From positions 256,001-320,000 of the forward strand of contig JBITAJ010000022.1 in the NCBI GenBank assembly GCA_044440125.1: DNA of 64,000 nucleotides, given 5' to 3'. Below are positions 49,188-59,610 of the stretch, piece by piece; the stretch's first letter is position 1, and every line of letters begins with the position of its first letter. The position numbers were made by a program, and so were the translations under genes. The notes beneath the pieces are model-generated. The model was not told the DNA's origin. It saw nothing but the letters and a program-made list of their open reading frames with translations, and searched no databases. The stretch comes from Sedimentisphaeraceae bacterium JB056. GTDB taxonomy: Bacteria; Planctomycetota; Phycisphaerae; Sedimentisphaerales; Sedimentisphaeraceae.

Positions 49188-50660
49188 TTAAACATTCTCA
49201 AGTCCGAGCCTCTGATACTGCTCTGATGGAGCATCATTTTTTTTCATTAATCCGAGGATATGCTCTATCATATATTTTTCTATTTTCTCATCAGTTATCG
49301 GATTAAGTTGTGATGGATTATTCTTAATATCAAACAGCAGATTTCCATACTTGCTATAATCTCTCCACGGTCTGCCTTTCACTTTCATTGTTTGACAGCC
49401 CTTAGTGAAAGTAAATGGTTCTGCGATCTCTATATTCTGCAACTCATCAATTCCAAAACTATGCCGCATGTGAGTTGCCATATGGGTATATTCATAGAGA
49501 GGTGAACTGTCGGAATTAACCGGCCCTCGCATATATACGTAATTTCCGTCCGTACAATTAACATGTGCCCCATGCAAGCCAAAGAGGGCTGCACTTCGTA
49601 TCTCTCTGCCTTCTGAGTAAGTCGTTTTGAGAGGTTCTCCTTCCATATCTTCCGGAATCTCTGTGTTAAAAAATTCGAGAAGTGTAGGAGCAAGATCTAT
49701 AGTCTGAACAAGACTTTCACACACACCTGAGTCCTTTGTTCTTGGATCCCATATAAATAAGGGAGTATTGGCAATTTCATTGTAAAACGGCAACCAGCAC
49801 TTTGCCCAACTTTCATGCTCGCCTAACAGAAAACCATGATCGGTATTAACAATAAGCATTGTATCATCCCATAAATCATGCTTATCCATCATATCAAGAA
49901 TCCTGCCAAGATTTTCATCACACATACTCACAAGAGAAGCGTATTGCAGCCTGCAGTGATTAACCTCTTCCGGAGTCTCTTTAACAGGTGCATAAGCAGG
50001 CCAGTCAAAAAAAGCTCCTGTGTAATCTTTCTCGTATTTATCCTTCAATCTCTGAGGACTGAAAAATGGTTCATGAGGATCAAAAGTTTCTATAGTAAGA
50101 AACCAGTTATCCGCTTCATGATTTTTTTCAATAAAATCCATCCCAAGCTTAAAAGTTCTATTCTGGCAGAAATCTTTTTCCTCATTCATGTATCCGCGAT
50201 TAACCCAATCCTGCCGCATATACGGCTTTGCGTTAGGGTTATCGACTATCTTTTCAGGAATAGACACTGCATCTGTCAAATCTGCCTTCCACGGATCGCC
50301 TTCCTGCCCTCTTACCGCTTCCCAACTGCTGTAACGTGTATGATAAGTGCAACCCCCATCTTCCCAATAATGATAATGGTCGCTTATCAAATGAGTGTGA
50401 ATTTTATTATTTTTCAAGATCTCAGGCATAGAATCATCAAACGGTTCAATTGGTCCCCAGCTTCTGTGGAGAAAGTTATATCTGCCTGTATGAAGCTCTC
50501 TTCTGGCAGGCATACACGGCATACTGCCTACAAATGAATTAGTAAATTTAACGCTTCTTTTCGCAAGCCTGCTGAAATTAGGAGTATGAATCCAATCACA
50601 TCCATAAGGTTCAAGCATTCTGCGGTTAAGAGAATCAAACATTACCATTATAGCTTTCAT
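49188..50660 (-). CDS. Sulfatase (S1, Cys-type), no signal peptide
   Basis: MKAIMVMFDSLNR, CMPARRELHTG, FDPHEPF and TDHG motifs; start ATG 50660. Confidence 0.92.
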   Translation of the reverse strand: MKAIMVMFDSLNRRMLEPYGCDWIHTPNFSRLAKRSVKFTNSFVGSMPCMPARRELHTGRYNFLHRSWGPIEPFDDSMPEILKNNKIHTHLISDHYHYWEDGGCTYHTRYSSWEAVRGQEGDPWKADLTDAVSIPEKIVDNPNAKPYMRQDWVNRGYMNEEKDFCQNRTFKLGMDFIEKNHEADNWFLTIETFDPHEPFFSPQRLKDKYEKDYTGAFFDWPAYAPVKETPEEVNHCRLQYASLVSMCDENLGRILDMMDKHDLWDDTMLIVNTDHGFLLGEHESWAKCWLPFYNEIANTPLFIWDPRTKDSGVCESLVQTIDLAPTLLEFFNTEIPEDMEGEPLKTTYSEGREIRSAALFGLHGAHVNCTDGNYVYMRGPVNSDSSPLYEYTHMATHMRHSFGIDELQNIEIAEPFTFTKGCQTMKVKGRPWRDYSKYGNLLFDIKNNPSQLNPITDEKIEKYMIEHILGLMKKNDAPSEQYQRLGLENV

Positions 50661-50674
50661 AACATCATTCTTTC

Positions 50675-52684
50675 TCAAAGAGAACTGTAAACACAATCAT
50701 CTGCATAAGGCAGTGTACAAGAAAGCCAACTTTCGAAGAATACAGCCACATCACTTATATCAACCTGACAATCCTCATTGAGATCTCCGGCTAAGTATCC
50801 CCATGCGCCGCATGGAACAACAAAACTTTGATAATCCTCTATCCTGTGAAAAGTAGCTTTATTGGAATCATGGTAGTTATGAGCTCCATCGTAAGAAGTA
50901 CGACTCATATAAATAATATCATCGCTATCAAATTCCCATACCACATACTGAAAACCGACATAGACTTTTGAATCATACCATGTCAGCGGGGAATTATCCT
51001 GCAATACTGTTCTTACATGCTCCCAGTTGATAAGATCATCAGAAGCAATCAGAGACAGAGTGTTACGCTGATGCGGTCTTGTTGGATCGGTATTGTTATT
51101 ATTGAGAGTGAGATACTTTCCTGTTGCCGGGTCGCGGTGAATATCGAATTTATGCATACCGCCGGGCATATCTATAAATCCGGTTTCCGGATCAAAGGTG
51201 AGCGTGGTGTTATCACTGCTTAGAGAGAGTATTGCCGCAATATCAACCGCCGGATCAGTATCTGCTCTCATTAAAACAACCATACTTCCATCAGGAGCCT
51301 GCACTACATTACCTTCCAGCCAACCCGGAGAAGAACATTCCCATGCAGGATCTGCCCACTGTGGGTCATATTCAACTGCATTAGTCATTGTCCAGCTCGC
51401 AGGATCAAGCAAGTTACTATTTTCATCAGCAGAAACAACTACCGGAGCATAAGAATCTGACCAGCCTGCCGCTGTTACTTTCCTTTCAAATACACGATAA
51501 ATCCTTCCATTGGCTTTGGCAACCGGAACCGGTCCGGTATGATAGCCTAAAGTACCTTCATCTTGTGCTTGGAATAGGATGCTTCTGGTTGTCCAGTTTG
51601 AACCATAATTTGAACTTTTTGAAATCGTTATATGTCCTGGGTTTCTACTTATTCCAAACAGATACAAATCGCCATCATGTTCAAAAAGAGTTGCCATGCA
51701 GACATCTGCAACAGTACCTCTTGGCCACCATGTCAAACCATCATTATATGATATTTTCACAACTGATGTTCCACCGTCAACAGGCTTATTTTCACCAAAA
51801 TAATCATGGGATGCAACAATCGTTCCATCAGCAAACTTATGCATTGAAGGTGAACTTATGAAAGGACCTTCAAATGCTCCATCATTTGCCATCTCACTTA
51901 CCCATAGGCTTGCCGGCTGAGCGGGATTGCCTGCCGTATAGTGTGCCTGTATTCGGGAGAGGCTCAAAGCTTTATTATAAACAGCAACCTCATCAATGTA
52001 ACCGCGATAGTAAGAATCCATATCAGGAGAGCGTCCTATTTGATCTATCTCATCAGGGGTGCCAAATACGTAAAAATCGCTCGTGAAATCGACCTGGCCA
52101 TCACAGGCAAGAATCCCATTGAAATATATTTTAATGCTGTCTGCCGGATAGTCATACACGCATACTACATGCGTCCACTGATCTACCGCAGAGAAATTAG
52201 TTGTAACCTTCAGATAAGAATCGGAGATATTACTCCTGCCGGCAACAACCATATATCCCTGACCACTGCTGATGCCTATAGATATATCTATGCCTGCACC
52301 GCCGCCGTCAATTCTTGACGCAAAAATTCGCTGTGTTGGATAGCCGTCAATAAGATAGCTGTTTTTTATCCACATCTCAACAGTTACTGCCGAGCTTTGA
52401 TTAATAAGCTCACCGATGGTATTGCCAAGATCTATACCAGCCTCGTTACCGTTAAACCAGGCGCAACTTCCATCAATACCGGCATCAACAGTCATTGTAT
52501 CACCTTGATAAGTTGCTTGGGTATTCCCAATTGCATCTGTTGCGGCATAACCATCTTTGTATCTTACATCGTCAAACCGCCACCATGCTACAGGTGAATC
52601 GGTATTTACTGCTTCATAGTATCCGGCAAAAATGCGGCCGCAAGATAAAAATAAAATCAATCCATATATATATAATTTTGACAT
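50675..52684 (-). CDS. Secreted LamG + BNR/sialidase-fold protein with a C-terminal dockerin-like tag
   Basis: PVAWWRFDD...GYIDEVAVYNKALS; SYNDGLTW, SSNYGSNW, GWLEGNVV, PGGMHKF; tag CGAWGYLAGDLNEDCQVD. Confidence 0.8.
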   Translation of the reverse strand: MSKLYIYGLILFLSCGRIFAGYYEAVNTDSPVAWWRFDDVRYKDGYAATDAIGNTQATYQGDTMTVDAGIDGSCAWFNGNEAGIDLGNTIGELINQSSAVTVEMWIKNSYLIDGYPTQRIFASRIDGGGAGIDISIGISSGQGYMVVAGRSNISDSYLKVTTNFSAVDQWTHVVCVYDYPADSIKIYFNGILACDGQVDFTSDFYVFGTPDEIDQIGRSPDMDSYYRGYIDEVAVYNKALSLSRIQAHYTAGNPAQPASLWVSEMANDGAFEGPFISSPSMHKFADGTIVASHDYFGENKPVDGGTSVVKISYNDGLTWWPRGTVADVCMATLFEHDGDLYLFGISRNPGHITISKSSNYGSNWTTRSILFQAQDEGTLGYHTGPVPVAKANGRIYRVFERKVTAAGWSDSYAPVVVSADENSNLLDPASWTMTNAVEYDPQWADPAWECSSPGWLEGNVVQAPDGSMVVLMRADTDPAVDIAAILSLSSDNTTLTFDPETGFIDMPGGMHKFDIHRDPATGKYLTLNNNNTDPTRPHQRNTLSLIASDDLINWEHVRTVLQDNSPLTWYDSKVYVGFQYVVWEFDSDDIIYMSRTSYDGAHNYHDSNKATFHRIEDYQSFVVPCGAWGYLAGDLNEDCQVDISDVAVFFESWLSCTLPYADDCVYSSL

Positions 52685-52687
52685 CTA

Positions 52688-54685
52688 TCAATTCTCCACC
52701 ATATTTATACAACCATCAGCATAAGGCTGACTGCACAATAACCATTGACTGGCGATAAATGAAAAATCTTTCATATCAACAAGGCAATCACGATTGAAAT
52801 CCATCTGCAAATATCCCCAATCACCGCACGGAGCGACAAAGTCAAGATAATTCTCCAGCCGATGAAAAGTCATTCTGTTTGAATCATGGTAGTTTATAGC
52901 GCCATCATAACCTGTACGACTCATAAATATTATATCATCACCATCAGGCTCCCATACAACATACTGAAACCCTACATTAACCATTGAATCATACCAATTG
53001 TATGCGGAATTATCCTGAATAACAGTTCTGATATGATACCAATTCCGCAAATCTTCTGAACCGACAAGCGATAATGTATTTCTTTGAGCAGGGCGTGAAA
53101 GATCAGTATTGTTATTGTTAAGTGTCAGATAAAGTCCTGTAACAGGATCACGATGAATGTCAAATTTATGCATTCCGCCCGGCATATCAATAAATCCTGT
53201 TTCAGGATCAAAACTCAAAACGGTATCATCTTCACTAAGTGTTAATATAGCCGCTTTATCAACGACCGGATTAGTATGATACCTCATCAATACGACCACT
53301 TCACCATCAGGATTTTCAACAACATTACCCTCCAGCCATCCCGGAGAAGTACACTCCCATGCAGGATCAGGCCATGATGGGTCAAACTCAACCGCATTAG
53401 TCATGGTCCAACTTGCCGGGTCAAGCAGGTCGCTATTCTCATCAGCCCATACAACGACTGCAGCATAAGCAATCGGCCATCTTTCATCTGCTACTCTTTC
53501 CTCAAACACCCTGTAAATTCGTCCATTTGAATGTATAACCGGAACAGGTCCTGTGTGATAGCCATAAGTACCTACAAGCTCTGCCTGAAATAGTACCGAA
53601 CGAGGCGTCCAGCTTACACCGTAGTCGGTAGTCTTGCTTATACATATATGCCCCGGATTCGTTGTGATACCGAAAAGATAAGTCTCCCCATTATGCTCAA
53701 ACAATGTCCCCATTGCAAAATCATCAATCTGTGTACGCTGAATCCAACTTAATCCGTTGTTATACGAAATCTTGAATAAAGAATCACCCCAGACATTATA
53801 GCCGGTAAGTATAACACCATCATCATACTTGATCATAGTCGGCGAACCAATCAGACGCCCTGTAGATGCGTCAAGGTAATCTATTTGACTAACCCAAAGA
53901 TCACCCGGCTCCTGCGGACTTCCCGCCTGATAGTGAGCTGTTATTTGAGAAGCACTCAACGCCTTGTCATAAACAGCAACTTCATCGATATACCCTCTGT
54001 ATGGAACTCTCAAATCAGGAGCCCGCCCTATCTGGTCTGATTGAGTCGGCTCTCCATATACATAAACGTCACTCGCAAAATCAACTGTTGCCTCCTGCCT
54101 TAATGCACCATTTATATATATTGACACCTTTTTAGCAGTATAGTCTGCCACACACACAACATGAGTCCACTGATCAACGGTATCAAAAGAAGCCGAAGCC
54201 GACATATATGAATCTGCAACACTGCTTCTTCCTGCGAACTTCAAATAACTCGTAGAATCAGAATAAGTATACAATCCTATATCAATACCTGCTGCTCCGC
54301 CGTCAATTCTTGTAGCAAAAATTCTCTGCACGCTCGAGCTATCCAGAGGCAAATAACTGTTACGAAACCATGCCTCAAATGTAGACGCATTACTCTGATC
54401 AAGCAATTTACCAATTGTGTTACCAATATCAATACCAGCCTGATTACCATTAAACCATCCGCACTTGCCGTCAATACCAGCCTCCACGGTCATTACATCA
54501 CCTTGAAAAACAGCATCAGTTATATTACCGGTCGCCTCTTCTGCGACTAATCCATCCTTGTATCTATAATCTTCTAAACGCCACCAGGCTACAGGACTAT
54601 CCGAAGCAACCTGCTCATGATAACCGCCAAATACAAATAAGTTAATGACGGCGATATAGACAAAGATAATTTTAATCTGTTTCAT
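52688..54685 (-). CDS. Secreted LamG + BNR/sialidase-fold protein with a C-terminal dockerin-like tag (tandem paralog of 50675)
   Basis: Start ATG 54685; same domain order and long identical stretches (DPASWTMTNAVE, FDPETGFIDMPGGMHKFDIHRDP); tag CGDWGYLQMDFNRDCLVD. Confidence 0.8.
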   Translation of the reverse strand: MKQIKIIFVYIAVINLFVFGGYHEQVASDSPVAWWRLEDYRYKDGLVAEEATGNITDAVFQGDVMTVEAGIDGKCGWFNGNQAGIDIGNTIGKLLDQSNASTFEAWFRNSYLPLDSSSVQRIFATRIDGGAAGIDIGLYTYSDSTSYLKFAGRSSVADSYMSASASFDTVDQWTHVVCVADYTAKKVSIYINGALRQEATVDFASDVYVYGEPTQSDQIGRAPDLRVPYRGYIDEVAVYDKALSASQITAHYQAGSPQEPGDLWVSQIDYLDASTGRLIGSPTMIKYDDGVILTGYNVWGDSLFKISYNNGLSWIQRTQIDDFAMGTLFEHNGETYLFGITTNPGHICISKTTDYGVSWTPRSVLFQAELVGTYGYHTGPVPVIHSNGRIYRVFEERVADERWPIAYAAVVVWADENSDLLDPASWTMTNAVEFDPSWPDPAWECTSPGWLEGNVVENPDGEVVVLMRYHTNPVVDKAAILTLSEDDTVLSFDPETGFIDMPGGMHKFDIHRDPVTGLYLTLNNNNTDLSRPAQRNTLSLVGSEDLRNWYHIRTVIQDNSAYNWYDSMVNVGFQYVVWEPDGDDIIFMSRTGYDGAINYHDSNRMTFHRLENYLDFVAPCGDWGYLQMDFNRDCLVDMKDFSFIASQWLLCSQPYADGCINMVEN

Positions 54686-54719
54686 GATTCCGGTATCTTT
54701 CATATCGAAAATGTAAAAT

Positions 54720-54742
54720 GGGGTGCAGCATTGCCGCACCCC
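54720..54742 (-). terminator. Intra-operon stem-loop after the beta-helix gene
   Basis: Minus strand GGGGTGCGGCA-A-TGCTGCACCCC followed by ATTTT. Confidence 0.6.
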
Positions 54743-54764
54743 TAAAATCAATATTACCTTAATA

Positions 54765-57068
54765 TTAGAATGCCAACTCACATTCTGCATCAGTTGGATC
54801 ATTACATGAGAGCCACTGAGATGCCATAATAGCAAAGTCAGCTATTGTAACATAACAGTCATGGTTTGCATCAGCCGCAAGCGCAAAACCACCGGCGATA
54901 ACATCCGCACAATCTTCAGGAGTAAAGAATGTAACCTGAAGCTCTTCGTATTCACCATTTTGAACGATTTCATAGCTAACGAACGGAGAATCAACAAGGT
55001 CGTCAGTGTTATCGAAGATGTCGCCTAATGCTCGCAATACTGTGTATGTACCTTCAACACGACTGCCGCCGAGCTGTGATACACTAACAGTACCATCAAT
55101 CACTACATTACCTGCAACAACAAGACCGTTGCCAACACCATGAGTAGTATCGAGTTCAAAGGCAAGATTACCGCCATTACCGATTGTCAACTGGGCAGCT
55201 GTAGTAGTTGTCTGATAACCTGAAACAGTCATTGTTGCCCCATCACTGAGAGCAAGAAGGTTGTCAACTGCAAATACTGCACTACCGCTAACTATAATAT
55301 CAGCTGATGCTTCTGTACCTGTAGAAGCCAACAAGTTCATTGCACTGAAAGAACCGCCTGAAACTTCAAGAGTTGCATCACCATCTTTGCCGATAAATGC
55401 AACACTCTCTACGTCAACACTGCCGCCAGAGACTGTCATAGCACCTGTAGCTGCTGTATCATCGCCTATTGTAAGATTAACAAATGATGCGTCAGCACCA
55501 GTTGATGCATTCAGGATACCTGTTGATGTATCACCAACAACTGCACCGTTAAACGCAACTGTTGAACTGAGAGCAATAGTTTCTGATTCAACAATGGCTA
55601 CATCATTAGCACCGGCACTTGACCATACTACCTCTGAAGCTGTAACCGGTGAATTAAGAACAACAGCTGAACCGCTGCCGGAATTAAACAACTCAGCAGT
55701 CCAACCGGCTGTCTGTGCTGCTGAACTGAGAATAGAAGCAGTCACATCGCCAGCCGCAATTTCTAAAGCATAATCTTCATCCGGCTCTGATGCGGGGAGA
55801 TATTCCATTGGCTCTGTAGAAGCCGCTACCATATAATCACCGGCTGTATCTGTTCCTGTCAAGAAGGATGCGTCAAGAGCAGCACCTTCCTTAATAAGGA
55901 ATGTTCCATCAACTTCAATTTCATTAAGACCATCCATATCAATGCCCGCAAACGCACAAAGACCTTTGCCAATACCGGCTGAACCATTGAGAATCGCCTC
56001 AACATTACCTGTTCCGCTTACCTCAACGAGAGCGCAATTAACTGTACCGGCATCACCTTCAATTATGAATTCAGCAGTACCTTCTCTACCTATCTCAATA
56101 TGAGTATCTGAATTAAGAACACCGCCACTGACTTTTACATAACCGTTTGTTGTATAACTCTCGCCAAGAACACCCTGACCAATAGTCATTCTGTTAGTAT
56201 TAAGAATACCGCCACTGACCTCAACTCCAGCCTCACCACTGAGACCAACAGTGAAATACTCATTACAATTAACTTCACCGCCACTGACGAATACAAAACC
56301 TTGCGAATTTGGATCATCAAGATAACCCAGTGTTATCCTGTCAACATTAACAGTACCGCCGCTTACATTGACTTCACCATAACCATTGTCACCAATCACA
56401 CTGTAGCTGTTCAATACATTGAGAACGCCTGTTCCACTGACGTTTACAATACCAACACCAGTAGTACTGCCGTCACCAGCTCTAAGCTGCTCACCTTGTA
56501 TGTTAAGAGTACCACCTGTCAGATTAACTGTACCGGTACCTATAACACCAACATTGAGATATCTTGTAGTATTAAATTCACCACCTGAAACATTCAGAAC
56601 ACCTTCTGAACCGGTTTGCTGACCAAGCTGAGAGCGGTTTACAGTAAGAACACCGTCTGAAACATCAACAACACCATAGCCGACACCACCAATTGTATAG
56701 TAGGAAGAGAAATTTGTTGATCCGCCTTGAATATACAATGTAGCGTCAGAACCGGAACCGTAACCTATCTGGGAAGAACTGAAAGAATTAGTTCCGCCCG
56801 TAATGTACATTTCGGCAATACTGTCTGTAGTATCCGCCAGATACAGAGAGCCGCATGTTACATCACTTGAAAGGATAGGTGCATCACTGCCGCTCATGCG
56901 GATTTTAGGTGTATCACCGGATGTAAATACATAGCCGCTTGCTAAATCAAACCAGTTCAGATAATTGGTGAAAACCTGATCACCGCCGCCGTTCGTCCAT
57001 ATTCTGTCAGTAGCAAAGACAACAGAAACAGACATCATTAAACTAATAATGATTACAAACTTTTTCAT
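54765..57068 (-). CDS. Secreted Gly/Val/Thr-rich beta-helix repeat protein with a C-terminal dockerin-like tag
   Basis: Start ATG 57068 with AAGGAG; many xxIGxxGxGxxxVSGG repeats; tag CADV...DANHDCYVTIADF...WLSCNDP...C. Confidence 0.7.
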   Translation of the reverse strand: MKKFVIIISLMMSVSVVFATDRIWTNGGGDQVFTNYLNWFDLASGYVFTSGDTPKIRMSGSDAPILSSDVTCGSLYLADTTDSIAEMYITGGTNSFSSSQIGYGSGSDATLYIQGGSTNFSSYYTIGGVGYGVVDVSDGVLTVNRSQLGQQTGSEGVLNVSGGEFNTTRYLNVGVIGTGTVNLTGGTLNIQGEQLRAGDGSTTGVGIVNVSGTGVLNVLNSYSVIGDNGYGEVNVSGGTVNVDRITLGYLDDPNSQGFVFVSGGEVNCNEYFTVGLSGEAGVEVSGGILNTNRMTIGQGVLGESYTTNGYVKVSGGVLNSDTHIEIGREGTAEFIIEGDAGTVNCALVEVSGTGNVEAILNGSAGIGKGLCAFAGIDMDGLNEIEVDGTFLIKEGAALDASFLTGTDTAGDYMVAASTEPMEYLPASEPDEDYALEIAAGDVTASILSSAAQTAGWTAELFNSGSGSAVVLNSPVTASEVVWSSAGANDVAIVESETIALSSTVAFNGAVVGDTSTGILNASTGADASFVNLTIGDDTAATGAMTVSGGSVDVESVAFIGKDGDATLEVSGGSFSAMNLLASTGTEASADIIVSGSAVFAVDNLLALSDGATMTVSGYQTTTTAAQLTIGNGGNLAFELDTTHGVGNGLVVAGNVVIDGTVSVSQLGGSRVEGTYTVLRALGDIFDNTDDLVDSPFVSYEIVQNGEYEELQVTFFTPEDCADVIAGGFALAADANHDCYVTIADFAIMASQWLSCNDPTDAECELAF

Positions 57069-57091
57069 AATAATCTCCTTAAACAATAAAA

Positions 57092-59587
57092 TTATAATTT
57101 GTACAAATCTACTATATTTTGTACTTTCACTCTTTTAATAAATTGTTCTAAATTTATATCTTCACAAGTTTTAATATTTATTTTAGCCTCACGCAGTGGA
57201 TGAATATGCACGAAATTATCACTATAAACAGCTTCTGTATCCTGAAGTTGCACCCTGCACCAAAACGCCGGCTCTCTGGCACTAAGCTCAACTTCAAAAT
57301 AACCGCCGCTGCAATGAATTACAGAAACATCCATTTCCGTCTTTTTGCGAGATTTCATATCTTTGGGTTTCACAAAAGAAACCCAGTTGTCAGTAATAAT
57401 TTTACCGCCGCATTCTAATTCAAACCAGACAATTCTATTATTCAATTCATTATCAGTAACACTTTTTGAAACATCAAGTTTAAAAACAGGCTCACTGGCA
57501 AATGCTGAAATATTAATATTTTCACTGCCAAACTCTAAAGCCACTCCGTTAAGATCATATACGAACCATTTTAATTTGGCATCTATATTTTGCTGTTTGT
57601 CATTAGTTACGTAGATTTCAACAGTTCTATTTTTATAATCTTCAATACCGCTTACTAAGATCGGTGCAAAAAACCGTTTTGCCATATAATGCAGAGCTTT
57701 CCAGTTCCCATAATAATCAATCGAACTCCAGCTTGCTACCGGCCATGTGTCATTTAACTGCCAATACAAAGTACCCATACATTGCGGCATCAATCTTCGC
57801 CAATGTTCACAGGCATATTTGATAGCGATACCCTGAACGATTTGACTGAGCAGAAGAAAGTTTTCAAACTTTTGCGGCAGTCCAAACCACTCATCAACAT
57901 ATTCTTTTATTGTCTGATTGCCTGCCGCTGATCTTTGATGATGATTCATTACATCAGAGGCAATATATCTTTCATCGGCAAGAGTATAACTCTCAACAGT
58001 TTTGAGCTCGGGGAAAGACTGAAAACCAAACTCACTTACAAACCTGTGCATGCAGCCCCAATACCACTGAAAAGGTTCCTTCTTAAACCATACATTCCAC
58101 AAATGAGCGTCTCCGCATGAAGGATTATTGAAATCGTACCTATCGCCGTTTGGACTGTGAGGGCTGCCAGGCCAGTAATCGCATGATGGATTCAGTTCTT
58201 TAACAAGCCCGCCGAGAACATCGTCAAACAATCGACTGTAATCTTTCAGGCTCATCTTTTTATCTGTCCATTGAGGACCAATAAACCCCTGCTCGATTTC
58301 ATTATTACCGCACCAAAGAGCAAGCGAAGCTCTGTTTCTCAGACGTTTTATATTGTATATTGCTTCCTCTCTTACGTTCTCCACAAAATCTTCATCATTG
58401 GCAGGGTAAGCGGAACAGGCAAACATGAAATCCTGCCATACACATATACCCAACTCATCGCAGGCATCATAAAAACTCTCATCCTCATATATACCACCAC
58501 CCCAGACTCTTATCATATTCATGTTGGCTGAAGCAGTATCTTCGATAAGCTTCCTGTATCGCTGTGGTGTCATTCTTGAAATTATAGCGTCAGCAGGTAT
58601 CCAATTTGTGCCTTTTGCAAAAAACGGAACGCCGTTGACGACAAACTGAAAACATTCTCCCCACTGATCATTGTGTCTGTCTAACTGCAAAGTACGTAAC
58701 CCAATTCTTTTTTTCATTAAGTCAATATGGTTACCCTGACAATCAAACAATTTGACAGATACATCATATAATGGCTGGTCGCCCATATTATTAGGCCACC
58801 ATAAACGCGGATTCTCTACATTCAATACAATACTATCGCTATCGTTAGAAATTTTACATTTTTCCTGACAGCAAACTTTATCTTCTAATTCAACTGAGAC
58901 CTCAGCGATTAACGATTCTTGATTTAATGATTCGCATTCAATATTTACCGTTAATTCAACTCCATCATCTGAATGTTTCTGTGATATATAAACATCATCA
59001 AGCTTTGCATTATCAAAAGCTGCAAGTTTTATATCTCTCCATATGCCACAAGTAATCGCTTTTATTCCCCAGTCCCAACCATAATTGCATTGCTGTTTTC
59101 TCACCCATCCGGCATGAGCAACTTTCTGGTCGTCCCAGCATGGTAATGAATATTCCGAATCTTTTTCTTCAATGTAAGGCAATGTAGATTTGAAAACTAT
59201 ATCGATTTGATTTCTGCTCTTAAGGTATTTAGTAACATCAAATTTCCACTGACGAAACATGTTGTCAGTGGATGCAATTTTATAGCCGTTAACAACTATA
59301 TTGGAAAAAGTATCAAGTCCATCACAGATAAGATAAACCTGTCCACTTGACAGCATTTCTTCACTGAGTTCAAACTCGCGTGAATATTTCCAGTCGGTTT
59401 TACCAATCCATTGAAGCTGTGTTTCGTTATCTCTGTAAAAGGGGTCTGGTATGGCATTGCAATTCAGTAAATCACAATACACATCACCGGGTACCGTTGC
59501 GGCGAAAGACTTCTGATTGTCAAGATTCAGTAAAGTCCATTTACCGGCAAGAGATAAATATTTAACACTATGTTGGTTACTGTTCAT
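57092..59587 (-). CDS. GH2 beta-mannosidase
   Basis: ATVPGDV, RKQQCNYGWDWG, FAKGTNWIP, RVWGGGIYE, WQDFMFAC, WCGNNE, RFVSEFGFQS and YWQLND motifs. Confidence 0.92.
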   Translation of the reverse strand: MNSNQHSVKYLSLAGKWTLLNLDNQKSFAATVPGDVYCDLLNCNAIPDPFYRDNETQLQWIGKTDWKYSREFELSEEMLSSGQVYLICDGLDTFSNIVVNGYKIASTDNMFRQWKFDVTKYLKSRNQIDIVFKSTLPYIEEKDSEYSLPCWDDQKVAHAGWVRKQQCNYGWDWGIKAITCGIWRDIKLAAFDNAKLDDVYISQKHSDDGVELTVNIECESLNQESLIAEVSVELEDKVCCQEKCKISNDSDSIVLNVENPRLWWPNNMGDQPLYDVSVKLFDCQGNHIDLMKKRIGLRTLQLDRHNDQWGECFQFVVNGVPFFAKGTNWIPADAIISRMTPQRYRKLIEDTASANMNMIRVWGGGIYEDESFYDACDELGICVWQDFMFACSAYPANDEDFVENVREEAIYNIKRLRNRASLALWCGNNEIEQGFIGPQWTDKKMSLKDYSRLFDDVLGGLVKELNPSCDYWPGSPHSPNGDRYDFNNPSCGDAHLWNVWFKKEPFQWYWGCMHRFVSEFGFQSFPELKTVESYTLADERYIASDVMNHHQRSAAGNQTIKEYVDEWFGLPQKFENFLLLSQIVQGIAIKYACEHWRRLMPQCMGTLYWQLNDTWPVASWSSIDYYGNWKALHYMAKRFFAPILVSGIEDYKNRTVEIYVTNDKQQNIDAKLKWFVYDLNGVALEFGSENINISAFASEPVFKLDVSKSVTDNELNNRIVWFELECGGKIITDNWVSFVKPKDMKSRKKTEMDVSVIHCSGGYFEVELSAREPAFWCRVQLQDTEAVYSDNFVHIHPLREAKINIKTCEDINLEQFIKRVKVQNIVDLYKL

Positions 59588-59610
59588 TACAGATTCAGCG
59601 AAAATAATTA

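Noticed and set aside
20354..57068. Calling the tagged proteins a canonical cellulosome
   Set aside because: Each tail has only one Ca-loop plus an extra Cys frame, and no cohesin or scaffoldin is recognisable here.
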